Positions 33,182 through 42,536 are shown, counted from the first letter of the stretch. The stretch: DNA of 64,000 bases from Reyranellaceae bacterium (GCA_050181585.1 JBFXDA010000003.1:80607-144606); one strand, 5' to 3'. A program made the numbers and translations. The notes: generated by a model not told the origin, from the letters alone.

Positions 33182-34132
33182 ATGGCGACGAAGTTCGAAC
33201 GCAGGCGACCTGACCCGCGATCGTCGGCGCGCCGCTTGTGGCTGACGGGCGCTCTCGCTGTCCTGCTGGCGAGCATGGCGCCGGTCGCGCAGGCGGCGGA
33301 CCCGGAATTGCCGCCGCTTGCGACGGAACCTGGCAGCCCCAGACTTCCCGGCAAGTTCGTCTGGATCGACCTGGTGACCAGCAATGTCGATGCGGCGCGG
33401 CAATTCTACGCCAGGATGTTCGGCTGGGAGTTCCGCCCGGTGGGCGATGCGGCGACCGGCTATACCCTCATCCTGAACGACAATCGCCCGCTTGGCGGCG
33501 TGGTGAACGTGCAGGCGCGTCCCAATGCGCCCGCCACGCCGCGCTGGATCGCCTATATTTCGGTGCCGGATGTGGGGCAGGCCGGAAAGGCGATTCTCAG
33601 CGGCGGCGGTCGCCAGCTCGTGGCGCCCAAGGTTCTGCCCAAGCGCGGCGAACAGGCGGTTTTCGCCGATGCGGAAGGAGCCGTGTTCGGCGTCATCAAG
33701 TCGGCCGACGGCGATCCGGGCGACTTTCTCGCCGAGCCGGGCGAATGGATCTGGATTCAGCTTCTCAGCCACGACGCGCAGAAAGCCACCGTCTTCTATC
33801 GCTCGGTCGCGGGCTACGAGGTCGTCGAGAATACCGAAAGCGACCGTAAGAACGAATTCATGCTGGTCAGCGGCAATTTTGCCCGGGCGGCCGTATCGCA
33901 GCTATCGGCCAAGCGGTCCAACGTGGCCGCGGCCTGGCTCCCCTTCGTGCGGGTTGCCGATCTGTCGAAATCGCTGACGCTGGCCCAGCAATTGGGCGGC
34001 GCGATACTGGTCATGCCGCGATCGACTCTGTTCGAGGGCCGGATGGCGGTTGTCGCTGATCCCAGTGGTGCGGCTGTCGGCCTGGTTCAGTGGGACACCG
34101 AGCGCGATCAGGAAAGGAAGACCCGGCCATGA
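33182..34132 (+). CDS. exported two-domain VOC (glyoxalase/bleomycin-resistance fold) protein
   Basis: GAGGAAGG RBS. N-terminal ...SSARRLWLTGALAVLLASMAPVAQA|AD signal. Two VOC repeats (GKFVWIDLVTSNVDAARQFYARMFGWEF and GEWIWIQLLSHDAQKATVFYRSVAGYEV). Confidence 0.7.
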   Translation: MATKFERRRPDPRSSARRLWLTGALAVLLASMAPVAQAADPELPPLATEPGSPRLPGKFVWIDLVTSNVDAARQFYARMFGWEFRPVGDAATGYTLILNDNRPLGGVVNVQARPNAPATPRWIAYISVPDVGQAGKAILSGGGRQLVAPKVLPKRGEQAVFADAEGAVFGVIKSADGDPGDFLAEPGEWIWIQLLSHDAQKATVFYRSVAGYEVVENTESDRKNEFMLVSGNFARAAVSQLSAKRSNVAAAWLPFVRVADLSKSLTLAQQLGGAILVMPRSTLFEGRMAVVADPSGAAVGLVQWDTERDQERKTRP

Positions 34133-34437
34133 AGATGCGCTTCGCGATTCCCATTCTGATTCTGACGGCGATCGGCTTGGTCGGTTGCGCCTCGGGCGGA
34201 TCGACCACCACGGGCTACTACGGAGTCGGCTGGAACGATCCGTGGTATTACGACCGCTACGACTACTACCATTACGACGACGACAACGACTGGAATATCT
34301 CGCCGCCGCCTCGTCCGGGGCGCCCGACCCACCCCATCGCCAGGCCGCCTGCGGCCCGACCGATGCCATCCATTCCCTCGGGGTCTCGCGGAGGATTTGG
34401 CGGCGGCGGGGGACGTGGCGGCGGGGGGCGGCGGTAG
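34129..34437 (+). CDS. small lipoprotein with Tyr/Asp/Trp-rich, Pro-rich and Gly/Arg-rich (RGG-like) segments
   Basis: ATG overlaps the VOC stop (ATGA). Lipobox LTAIGLVGC. Mature part ...YYGVGWNDPWYYDRYDYYHYDDDNDW...PPPRPGRPTHPIARPPAARP...GSRGGFGGGGGRGGGGRR. Confidence 0.6.
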   Translation: MKMRFAIPILILTAIGLVGCASGGSTTTGYYGVGWNDPWYYDRYDYYHYDDDNDWNISPPPRPGRPTHPIARPPAARPMPSIPSGSRGGFGGGGGRGGGGRR

Positions 34438-34633
34438 GACGCTTCGCAGCCGTCGCTTCGTCTTTTGTCAGGCCAAACGTGGGACGTCCCTGTTCGGGCG
34501 TCGCGGCGCGTGCGCCGGGTCCTGCCGCCTATTCCAATGGACAGGATGAACGCGCGGATGGCGGTATTGCTTTCGGCTAGGGGATCCTTTCGAACAATAC
34601 CGGTACCCCAATAGTTCGAGCAATGATTGGCGC

Positions 34634-34825
34634 ATGATGACCGCAAAACTCATCGCGCTGCTGAAAGACGAGTCGGGCGCTACGGCGATCGAATACGGCT
34701 TGATGACCGCCATGGTCGGGCTGTCGGCGCTGGTCGGCATGATGGCGAGCGGCGACTTCCTGTCGGATATCTTCGAGGCCGTGAGCGAGGACATGCAGGC
34801 GGCCGTCGAGGCCCGGCAGCAGTAG
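34634..34825 (+). CDS. flp: Flp/Fap-family type IVb pilin (orphan)
   Basis: 63 aa. LKDESG|ATAIEYGLMTAMVGLSALVG is the Flp prepilin processing motif plus hydrophobic core. No tad/cpa genes in the window. Confidence 0.75.
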   Translation: MMTAKLIALLKDESGATAIEYGLMTAMVGLSALVGMMASGDFLSDIFEAVSEDMQAAVEARQQ

Positions 34826-35150
34826 CGACCGGCATCCGTTTCCCGCTTCGATTAGAGACAGCAAGGGGTTGCCCTGGGACCCGACCGGGCAGCAACGGCG
34901 TCACGGCAATTCCGCGTCTCCTGCGCGCCGGACGGGCGGGTAAGCCGGGCCGGCTGGCGCCGCCGCTGGTCCGGGAAAATTTGTCTTCGACCATTGAAAC
35001 CGGATACCAACGCATTATCTTGCCTTCTGCTCGGCGCGGGCAATCCAGTCCGCGATGCGGTCGCAAGAAGGCCCAGGCTGCGTCCATGACCTGATCGACT
35101 GAAATTCCATACGTCCCCGACCAGGAAGCCACTTCAAGGCAGGAGGACGC

Positions 35151-35639
35151 ATGGACAGATTTCAGCCGTTCTACAAGGTGTACACGTCGCGCAGCCAGGT
35201 CAAAGCACCCGACATTCTCGAATTCCATTCCGGCAAGCCGATCGAACCGGCTGCCGAGAAACCGGCGTCCGGATACTGGACCGCCGGCCAGGGCATGGCT
35301 TTCGGGCGCAGCCCCGACTCGATCTTCGTGCGGCGGACGGCGCTGGCGCCGTTGGCGCGGCAGTTGCAGGCGGCGCATCCCGGCTTCGGCCGGCACGGCG
35401 AGAGCCGCTTCACGCGGCGGCAGTTGATGACGCTGCTGGCGCGGCTCGATCATGCCGCCACCTTCATCGAGCATGCCCGTTCGATCGAGGATCTGCGGGT
35501 GCTCGACGTGGCGGCGCTGCAGGAGCGGCCCGGCTTCCACAGCCTGAAAGGCGAGCTGGGACGCATGGTCGGCGATCTGCGCTTCTTCCTGCAGGGGACC
35601 TTGCGGCGGAACCGGACGCTGTGGATTCTGGAGCCCTGA
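35151..35639 (+). CDS. hypothetical protein (162 aa, no recognised domain)
   Basis: AGGAGG RBS 6 nt upstream. GC3 about 82% by hand count over the first 66 codons, which supports coding. No motif I can name. Confidence 0.5.
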   Translation: MDRFQPFYKVYTSRSQVKAPDILEFHSGKPIEPAAEKPASGYWTAGQGMAFGRSPDSIFVRRTALAPLARQLQAAHPGFGRHGESRFTRRQLMTLLARLDHAATFIEHARSIEDLRVLDVAALQERPGFHSLKGELGRMVGDLRFFLQGTLRRNRTLWILEP

Positions 35640-35770
35640 CGCAAGCGATAAGGGGGTGGAAGCGGCGATGCTTCCATCCCCTCGCGATATCCGGCGCGGA
35701 TCGGCTCCGGCCTGTTCCCGGCGCGTCCGGCATGCCATGGTCGGCGGGAAAATTCCGGCGGGATGGAAAC

Positions 35771-37453
35771 ATGGCGACGAAGGCGCGCAGCGGCGGACAG
35801 ATTCTGGTCGATCAGCTCAAGATTCATGGCGTTGATACGGTGTTCGGCATACCGGGCGAATCCTACCTGGCGGTGCTCGACGCGCTGCACGACGCCAATT
35901 CGATCCGCTTCGTGATCTGCCGCCAGGAGGGCGGGGCGGCGATGATGGCCGACGCCTACGGCAAGCTGACCGGCCGGCCGGGCATCTGCATGGTCACGCG
36001 CGGGCCGGGCGCCACCAATGCCAGCGCCGGCGTGCACGTGGCGTTCCAGGATTCCACGCCGCTGATCCTGTTCATCGGCCAGGTGGCGCGCGATCAGATG
36101 GAGCGCGAGGCGTTCCAGGAAATCGACTACCGGCGCATGTACGGCCAGATGGCCAAGTGGGTGGCCGAGGTCGAAGACCCCGCGCGCCTGCCCGAGTTCG
36201 TCGCCCGCGCTTTCCATACGGCGACCTCGGGCCGGCAGGGGCCGGTCGTGCTGGCACTGCCGGAGGACATGCTGACGCAGATTGCCCAGACCGCCGACGC
36301 GCAGCCCTATGCGCCGCTGCAGGCGCTGCCGGGCGCGTCGCAGATGCAAGAACTTACGGGGCTGCTGGAAGGCGCGCAGCGGCCGCTGGTCCTTGTCGGC
36401 GGCTCGGGCTGGACGCAAGCCGCGCGCGAGAATCTGGCACGCTTCGCCGAGAAGAGCGGTGTGCCGGTGGCGGCTTCGTTCCGTACCCAGGATATTCTCG
36501 ACAATCGGCATGCCAGCTACATCGGCGATGTCGGCATCGGCATCAATCCCAAGTTGGCGCAGCGCGTGAAGGAGAGCGACCTGCTGCTGGTGCTCGGCGC
36601 GCGGCTGGGCGAGATGACGACCTCCGGCTACACCCTGATTGGCATTCCCGAGCCACAGATGAAGCTGGTGCATGTCTATCCTGGGGCCGAGGAGCTGGGC
36701 CGCGTCTATCGCCCGACGCTGGGGATCGTGTCCGGCATGGCCGGCATTTGCGCCGCCCTGGCGTCCTTGCCGAAGCCGGCGGGCGACCGCTTCAAGGCGT
36801 GGCGCGAAGCGGCGCGGGCCGATTATCTCGACTGGATCAAGCCGACGCGCAATCCCGGCAGCGTGCAGATGGGAGAGATCGTCGACTGGCTAAGGCAACG
36901 GCTGCCCGACGACGCCGTGATCTGCAACGGGGCGGGCAACTACACCGCCTGGGTGCACCGCTTCTACCGCTACCGCGGCTGGCGCACGCAATTGGCGCCG
37001 ACCTCCGGCTCGATGGGCTACGGGCTGCCGGCATCGGTGGCGGCCAAGATCGTGCATCCGGAGCGCGTCGCGGTGTGCTTCGCCGGCGACGGCTGCCTGC
37101 AGATGACCATGCAGGAATTCGGCACCGCCTGCCAGGCGGGGGCCAACATCGTGCTGGTGGTGGTGAACAACGGCATGTACGGCACCATCCGCATGCACCA
37201 GGAGCGCGAATATCCCGCGCGCCCGGTCGGCACCGACCTGGTCAATCCCGATTTCGTGGCCTGGGCGCAGGCCTATGGCGCGGCGGGCTGGCGCGTCGAG
37301 CGGACGGAAGATTTCGCGCCGGCCTTCGAGGCGGCCCTGCAAGCCAAGACGCCGTCGGTGATCGAGGTCCGGCTCGATCCGGAGGCGATCAATCCGCGCA
37401 CCACGCTGAGCGCGATCCGGCAGGCATCGCGGGGCGCCAAGAACGCGGGATGA
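35771..37453 (+). CDS. thiamine-pyrophosphate-dependent enzyme (acetolactate synthase large-subunit-like, COG0028)
   Basis: Start at MATKARSGGQILVDQLKIHGVDTVFGIPGESYLAVLDAL. TPP motif GSMGYGLPA...FAGDGCLQM...NNGMYGTI. Confidence 0.85.
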   Translation: MATKARSGGQILVDQLKIHGVDTVFGIPGESYLAVLDALHDANSIRFVICRQEGGAAMMADAYGKLTGRPGICMVTRGPGATNASAGVHVAFQDSTPLILFIGQVARDQMEREAFQEIDYRRMYGQMAKWVAEVEDPARLPEFVARAFHTATSGRQGPVVLALPEDMLTQIAQTADAQPYAPLQALPGASQMQELTGLLEGAQRPLVLVGGSGWTQAARENLARFAEKSGVPVAASFRTQDILDNRHASYIGDVGIGINPKLAQRVKESDLLLVLGARLGEMTTSGYTLIGIPEPQMKLVHVYPGAEELGRVYRPTLGIVSGMAGICAALASLPKPAGDRFKAWREAARADYLDWIKPTRNPGSVQMGEIVDWLRQRLPDDAVICNGAGNYTAWVHRFYRYRGWRTQLAPTSGSMGYGLPASVAAKIVHPERVAVCFAGDGCLQMTMQEFGTACQAGANIVLVVVNNGMYGTIRMHQEREYPARPVGTDLVNPDFVAWAQAYGAAGWRVERTEDFAPAFEAALQAKTPSVIEVRLDPEAINPRTTLSAIRQASRGAKNAG

Positions 37454-37563
37454 ACGGCGGTTTGCCGGCCGGACGAGCTGTGGCAGGCTGCCGGCCGCCG
37501 GGCGAGGCGGCAGCGGCATTCGGGCTGCGGTCGCGCGCCAAGCGTTGGGCAAGAGGAGTGGAC

Positions 37564-38295
37564 ATGGATGGAGCGGCAGCGGCGCGATCGCACCTGACGA
37601 TCGCGCATCGTTTTCACGGGCCGAAGGAATCGGGCAATGGCGGCTACGTGGCGGGCAGGCTTGCCGCGCTGGTCGGCGGCAGCGCGGAGATCACCCTGCG
37701 CGCCCCGCCGCCGCTCGACCGGCCGCTCGACCTGGTCCGGACCGGCGATGTCCTCGAGCTGAGGGACGGCGCCACGCTTCTTGCCGCGGCGCGGCCGGCG
37801 GCCTTCGATCTGGCGGTGCCGCCGCTGCCGTCGCCGGCGCAGATGGCGCGGGCGGCGGCGATGGGCGGTTCGGACGTCGATTCCGATTTCCACCAATGCT
37901 TCGTCTGCGGCCGAGGGCGGGAGGCGGGCGACGGCCTGCGCGTCTGGGCCGGGCGGGTCGACGGCTCCGAGGAGCGGGGCGTGGCGGCCGTGCTCTGGAC
38001 CCCCGATCCCCGGCTGGCCGGCGCGGACGGATTCCTGCCCGACGAGTTCCTGTGGGGGGCGCTGGACTGTCCCGGCGCCACGGCGGTGCTGCGGGAGGAC
38101 GACGAGCGCACGGTCCTGACCGGCCGGATGACCGGGCGGGTGGAGAAGCGGCTGCGGGCGGGGGAGCCGGCGACGGTGCTGGCCTGGCCGATCGCCGCCG
38201 AGGGCCGCAAGCTGACCTCGGGCACGGCGGTGATCGATGCGGCCGGCGAGGTCTGCGCCCGCGCCCTGATCCTGTGGATCGTGCTCAAGGAGTAG
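37564..38295 (+). CDS. hotdog-fold (PaaI-like thioesterase) protein
   Basis: AGAGGAG RBS. HQCFVCGRGREAGDGLRV motif and a C-terminal hotdog-like region. The long track ORF 36157..38295 is a frame extension over the TPP gene. Confidence 0.5.
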   Translation: MDGAAAARSHLTIAHRFHGPKESGNGGYVAGRLAALVGGSAEITLRAPPPLDRPLDLVRTGDVLELRDGATLLAAARPAAFDLAVPPLPSPAQMARAAAMGGSDVDSDFHQCFVCGRGREAGDGLRVWAGRVDGSEERGVAAVLWTPDPRLAGADGFLPDEFLWGALDCPGATAVLREDDERTVLTGRMTGRVEKRLRAGEPATVLAWPIAAEGRKLTSGTAVIDAAGEVCARALILWIVLKE

Positions 38296-38371
38296 TTCCT
38301 TCCGGCTGCGGCCATCGCCGATCGGGCCGGGGAACGCTATGCTGGCGGTCGAGCAGCGATAGGGACGGTTC

Positions 38372-39799
38372 ATGCGCAACAGCCGCCAGCAAGCGATCGA
38401 GAACGCCACCGGCTATTTCGACGACGGGCGCTTTCTCGACGACCTGAACCGGCGCGTCGGCTTCCGCACCGTCAGCCAGGACCCGTCCTGCGCCGACCAT
38501 CTCCTCGCCTATCTGCAGGACGAGATCGCGCCCTCGCTGGAGAAGCTGGGCTATTCGATCGCGATCCATCCCAACCCGGTGCCGCAATTCGGGCCGTTCC
38601 TGATCGCCCGCCGCATCGAGGGCGGCAATCTGCCGACCGTGCTGACCTACGGCCATGGCGACGTCATTCGCGGCCTGGACGAGCAGTGGCGCGACGGGCT
38701 GTCGCCGTGGCAGGTGTCGGTGCGGGGCGACAGGCTGTTCGGACGCGGCACCGCCGACAACAAGGGCCAGCACACGATCAATTTCGGCGCCCTGGCGGCG
38801 GTGATCGAGGCGCGCGGCCGGCTGGGCTTCAATTCGGTGATCCTGATCGAAACCGGCGAGGAGACCGGCTCGCCGGGGCTGCACGAGTTCTGCGCCGCCC
38901 ACCGGGAGGCGCTGAAAGCCGATCTGCTGCTGGCCTCCGACGGGCCGCGGCTGACGCCGCAGAAGCCGACGCTGTTCACCGGCACGCGCGGGGTGCTGAA
39001 TTTCGAACTGTCGCTGAAGCTGCGCGACGGCGGGCATCACTCGGGCAACTGGGGCGGGCTGCTGGCCAGCCCGGGAATCCTGCTGGCGCATGCGCTGGCC
39101 ACCATCGTCGACCGGCGCGGCACGATCCAGGTGCCGGAATGGCGGCCGGATTCGCTGACGCCGGCGGTGCGCGCGGCGCTGGCGGATGCGGCGATCGACG
39201 GCGGCCAGGGGGCGCCGGAAATCGACGCCGACTGGGGCGAGCCCGGGCTGACGCCGGCCGAGCGCGTCTTCGGCTGGAACAGTTTCGAGATCCTGGCGCT
39301 GAAGATCGGCAATCCCGACAATCCGGTGAACGCCATTCCGCCCGGCGCCATCGCCACCTGCCAGCTGCGCTTCGTGGTCGGCACCAGGCCGGAGGACATC
39401 CTGCCCGCCCTGCGCCGCCATCTCGACCGACACGGGTTTTCCATGATCGAGGTCCGGGCAGCCCGCCAGTCCTCCTCCATGAACGCCACGCGCCTGGACC
39501 CGGAATCGCCGCTGATGCGGTGGGCCAGGGATTCCGTGGCGCGAACCTTCGGCGCGCCGCCCAACATCCTGCCCAATCTCGGCGGCTCGCTGCCCAACGA
39601 CGCCTTCACCGACGTGCTGGGCGTGCCGACGATCTGGGTGCCGCATTCCTACGCCTCCTGCTCGCAGCACGCGCCCGACGAACACCTGCTGGCGCCGCTG
39701 GCGCGCGAGGGGCTGGCGATCATGGCCGGGCTGTTCTTCGATATCGGCGAGGGCAGGATGCCGCTGGGGCGACGGGAGACGCGGCAGACGCCCGATTGA
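38372..39799 (+). CDS. M20-family metallopeptidase/dipeptidase
   Basis: TYGHGDV...LFGRGTADNKGQ...LIETGEETGSPGL are M20 metal-ligand motifs. 475 aa. Confidence 0.8.
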   Translation: MRNSRQQAIENATGYFDDGRFLDDLNRRVGFRTVSQDPSCADHLLAYLQDEIAPSLEKLGYSIAIHPNPVPQFGPFLIARRIEGGNLPTVLTYGHGDVIRGLDEQWRDGLSPWQVSVRGDRLFGRGTADNKGQHTINFGALAAVIEARGRLGFNSVILIETGEETGSPGLHEFCAAHREALKADLLLASDGPRLTPQKPTLFTGTRGVLNFELSLKLRDGGHHSGNWGGLLASPGILLAHALATIVDRRGTIQVPEWRPDSLTPAVRAALADAAIDGGQGAPEIDADWGEPGLTPAERVFGWNSFEILALKIGNPDNPVNAIPPGAIATCQLRFVVGTRPEDILPALRRHLDRHGFSMIEVRAARQSSSMNATRLDPESPLMRWARDSVARTFGAPPNILPNLGGSLPNDAFTDVLGVPTIWVPHSYASCSQHAPDEHLLAPLAREGLAIMAGLFFDIGEGRMPLGRRETRQTPD

Positions 39800-39853
39800 C
39801 CGCAACGCCGGCGCTTGCCACTCTCGCCGCCTGTCGAAACAAGCGAGGAAACG

Positions 39854-40402
39854 ATGGCGCGGGTTGCGTACTACGACCGGAACAAGGTCTCCGACAAGCT
39901 GAACAAGATCATGGACGGGCTGCAGCCGCAGCTCAACATCTTCCGCATGCTGGCCAATGCCGAGCCGGCGGCGCGCGGTTTCCTGAAGATGGGCAATGCC
40001 ATCCTCGATCGCGGCAAGCTTCCTGCGACCTTGCGGGAACTGGCGATCCTGCGGGTCGGCTGGCTGTCGCAAGCCTCCTACGAGGTCTACCAGCACGAAC
40101 GCATCGGCCGCGACGTCGGGCTGTCGGAGGAGAAGTTGCGGGCGGTGCACGAGGGCGCCGATGCGCTCGCGTTCGACGGGCAGGAGAAGGCGGTGCTGCG
40201 CTTCACCGACGAGGTGGTGAAGAACGTCAAGGCCTCGGACGCCGCTTTCAAGGCCGTGGCCGAGTTCCTCGACCGCGAGCAGATCGTCGAGCTGGTGCTG
40301 TCGATCGGCTTCTACATGATGGTGTCGCGCTTCCTGGAGACCATGGAAGTGGACGACCAGGAAGGCCAGGCCGAGTGGCGCGCCCAATACATGCCGCGCT
40401 GA
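39854..40402 (+). CDS. carboxymuconolactone decarboxylase (AhpD-like) family protein
   Basis: Start at MARVAYYD. LRELAILRVGWLSQASYEVYQHERIGR and ELVLSIGFYMMVSRFLE fit the CMD-family helices. Confidence 0.75.
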   Translation: MARVAYYDRNKVSDKLNKIMDGLQPQLNIFRMLANAEPAARGFLKMGNAILDRGKLPATLRELAILRVGWLSQASYEVYQHERIGRDVGLSEEKLRAVHEGADALAFDGQEKAVLRFTDEVVKNVKASDAAFKAVAEFLDREQIVELVLSIGFYMMVSRFLETMEVDDQEGQAEWRAQYMPR

Positions 40403-40430
40403 TCGCGGCGGATCGCATACGGGGGAAACG

Positions 40431-40937
40431 ATGAGCTTCACCATCTACCAGGCCAGCGCGCCGGTCTTTGCCCGCGCCCTGACCAATCTCGCCGCCATCT
40501 TCGACAAGGCGGCCGCGCACGCCGAAGCGAAGAAGATCGACCAGTCCGTCTTCATGCAGGCGCGCCTGGCACCCGACATGTTCGCCCTGCCGCGGCAGGT
40601 GCAGGTCGCCTCCGACACCGCCCGCCGCTCGATGGCGCGGCTGGCCGGCACCGAGGCGCCGGCGATGGAGGACAAGGAGGCGAGCTTCGCCGATCTGAAG
40701 GCGCGATGCCTGAACTCGGCGGAATACGTGAAGTCCTTCCTGCCGGCGCAGATCGAGGGCAGCGAGGAGCGTGCCATCGCCATGAAGATGGGCGGCAAGG
40801 AGATCAGTTTCACCGGCCGCGACTATCTCTTCGGCTTCGCCCTGCCCAATTTCTATTTCCACGTCACCACCGCCTACGCCATCCTGCGCCATAACGGGGT
40901 GGAGATCGGCAAGATGGATTTCCTGGGGCGGGAGTAG
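40431..40937 (+). CDS. DUF1993-domain protein
   Basis: YQASAPVFARALTNLAAIFDKAAAHAE...ARLAPDMFALPRQVQ...ALPNFYFHVTTAYAILRHNGVEIGKMDFLG matches DUF1993 closely. Confidence 0.8.
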   Translation: MSFTIYQASAPVFARALTNLAAIFDKAAAHAEAKKIDQSVFMQARLAPDMFALPRQVQVASDTARRSMARLAGTEAPAMEDKEASFADLKARCLNSAEYVKSFLPAQIEGSEERAIAMKMGGKEISFTGRDYLFGFALPNFYFHVTTAYAILRHNGVEIGKMDFLGRE

Positions 40938-40957
40938 AAGGCGCAGGCTGTCAAACA

Positions 40958-40983
40958 CCCTTCTCCCGCTTGCGGGAGAAGGG
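40958..40983. repeat. solo hairpin module of the repeat family (cccttctcccgcttgcgggagaaggg)
   Basis: Perfect hairpin. The flank caaacaccc matches the inner flank of the copy at 59705-59712. Confidence 0.7.
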
Positions 40984-41053
40984 CGTGATTGGAGGCATCT
41001 CTTCTGCAAACCTATAGCGGAGTCTATGATCCTCCTGACTTTTGGGAGGAAGC

Positions 41054-42454
41054 ATGGACAGCAGGGCGTTGCGGGCCGCACTCGACTATGTGCCGCAGTA
41101 TCTCGATTTCCAGATGCGCAGCAGCCAGCAGCCGGGCTGCTCGGTCGCCATCGCGCACAAGGGCAAGGTGGTGTTCGAGCGTGCGTATGGCTTCGCCAAT
41201 GCCGTCACCGGCCGCGAGCTGACGCCGCGGCACCGCTTCCGCGTCGCCTCCCATTCCAAGAGCTTCACCGCCGCCGGCATACTGAAGCTGCGCGAGGCGG
41301 GCAAGGTGAAGCTGGACGATCGCGCCGGCGAATACGTCGAGGGACTGCACGGCGAGGTGGCGCGCGCCACCATCGCCCAACTCCTCTCGCATTCGGCCGG
41401 GATCATCCGCGACGGCGCCGACAGCGGCCAATGGGCCGACCGCCGGCCGTTCCTCGACGCCGACGAGCTGCGCGCGGCGCTGGCGGTCAAGCCGGTGCTG
41501 CAGACCAGCGCGCGGTTCAAGTATTCCAATCACGGCTACGGCCTGATCGGGCTGATCATCGAGGCCGTCGCCGGGCAGGACTACAACAAGTGGATCGCGC
41601 AGAACGTGGTAGGACCGGCGGGGCTCATGGAAACCACGCCCGACATGCCGCTGCCGCGCGGCGCGAAGCTGGCTACCGGCCATAGCGGACGGCTGCCGCT
41701 GGGCCGGCGCGTCGCCATACCGGGACGCAATCCCACCTATGCGCTGGCCTCGGCCACCGGCTTCGTCAGCACGGCCGCCGATCTGGCGCGCTTCTATGCC
41801 CAGCTCGATCCGGCGGCGAAGAAGAGTTTCCTCTCGGCCGAAAGCCGGCGCGAGATGGTGCGCCGGCAATGGCGCGATCCGCATTCCAGCCTGGAGCGCT
41901 ATTACGGGCTGGGCACGATCAGCGGCGCCACCGCGGGCTGGGACCATGTCGGACATTCCGGCGGCTTCCAGGGCTTCATCACCCGCTCCGGCGCGCTGCC
42001 GGGGCACGAACTCTCGCTGTCGGTGCTGACCAATGCCGCCGACGGGCTCTCGCATTTCTGGTTCGACGGCATCGTCAACATCCTCGCCACGTTCGCCAAG
42101 AACGGCGCGGCCAAGGGCGCGGCCAAATCCTGGGCCGGGCGCTGGTGGAGCCTGTGGGGCTGTACCGACCTGGTGCCGATGGGAGAGAAGGTGATGGTCG
42201 CGCTTCCGGGCCTGTTCAACCCGTTCATGGACGCTTCGGAAATAAAGCCGACCAAGCGCGACGCCGGCGTGATCGCGCTGGCGGGCGGCTATGCCAGCCA
42301 TGGCGAAAACGTGCGCCGGGTGCGCAATGCCGCCGGCCGCGTGACGGAACTCTGGATGAGCGGCAACAAGTTGCTGAGCGAGACGCGCGTGGCGGGCGAG
42401 ATGCAGAAGCGCTACGAGGCGGAGAAAGCCAAGCGCCGGACAAAGCGGCGATAG
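41054..42454 (+). CDS. beta-lactamase-fold serine hydrolase with C-terminal extension
   Basis: GGGAGGA RBS. S-x-x-K motif ASHSKSF and YSNHGY (Y-x-N). About 130 extra C-terminal residues ending in a Lys/Arg-rich tail. Confidence 0.8.
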   Translation: MDSRALRAALDYVPQYLDFQMRSSQQPGCSVAIAHKGKVVFERAYGFANAVTGRELTPRHRFRVASHSKSFTAAGILKLREAGKVKLDDRAGEYVEGLHGEVARATIAQLLSHSAGIIRDGADSGQWADRRPFLDADELRAALAVKPVLQTSARFKYSNHGYGLIGLIIEAVAGQDYNKWIAQNVVGPAGLMETTPDMPLPRGAKLATGHSGRLPLGRRVAIPGRNPTYALASATGFVSTAADLARFYAQLDPAAKKSFLSAESRREMVRRQWRDPHSSLERYYGLGTISGATAGWDHVGHSGGFQGFITRSGALPGHELSLSVLTNAADGLSHFWFDGIVNILATFAKNGAAKGAAKSWAGRWWSLWGCTDLVPMGEKVMVALPGLFNPFMDASEIKPTKRDAGVIALAGGYASHGENVRRVRNAAGRVTELWMSGNKLLSETRVAGEMQKRYEAEKAKRRTKRR

Positions 42455-42536
42455 AACCCCGTTCCATCCTTCGGAACCGTTAAACTACTGATATTCATGG
42501 AGAATTATTTTTCTTTGACTTCCCATGGCCGCTGAG

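Noticed and set aside
34090-34128. Upstream extension (MGHRARSGKEDPA) of the small lipoprotein ORF.
   Set aside because: The extension lies inside the VOC coding region. MKMRFAIPILILTAIGLVGC gives a proper lipoprotein signal and an ATGA coupling.
31462-35770. tRNA-Lys as the attachment site of a genomic island.
   Set aside because: No integrase, transposase or phage gene is present, and I could not spot a direct repeat of the tRNA 3' end downstream. Only a mild compositional patch is reported as a finding.
38285-40444. 719-aa minus-strand ORF, plus 46126..48786 (886 aa).
   Set aside because: Antisense to the M20 peptidase/CMD genes and to the beta-lactamase-fold/flavoprotein genes respectively. 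Low complexity.
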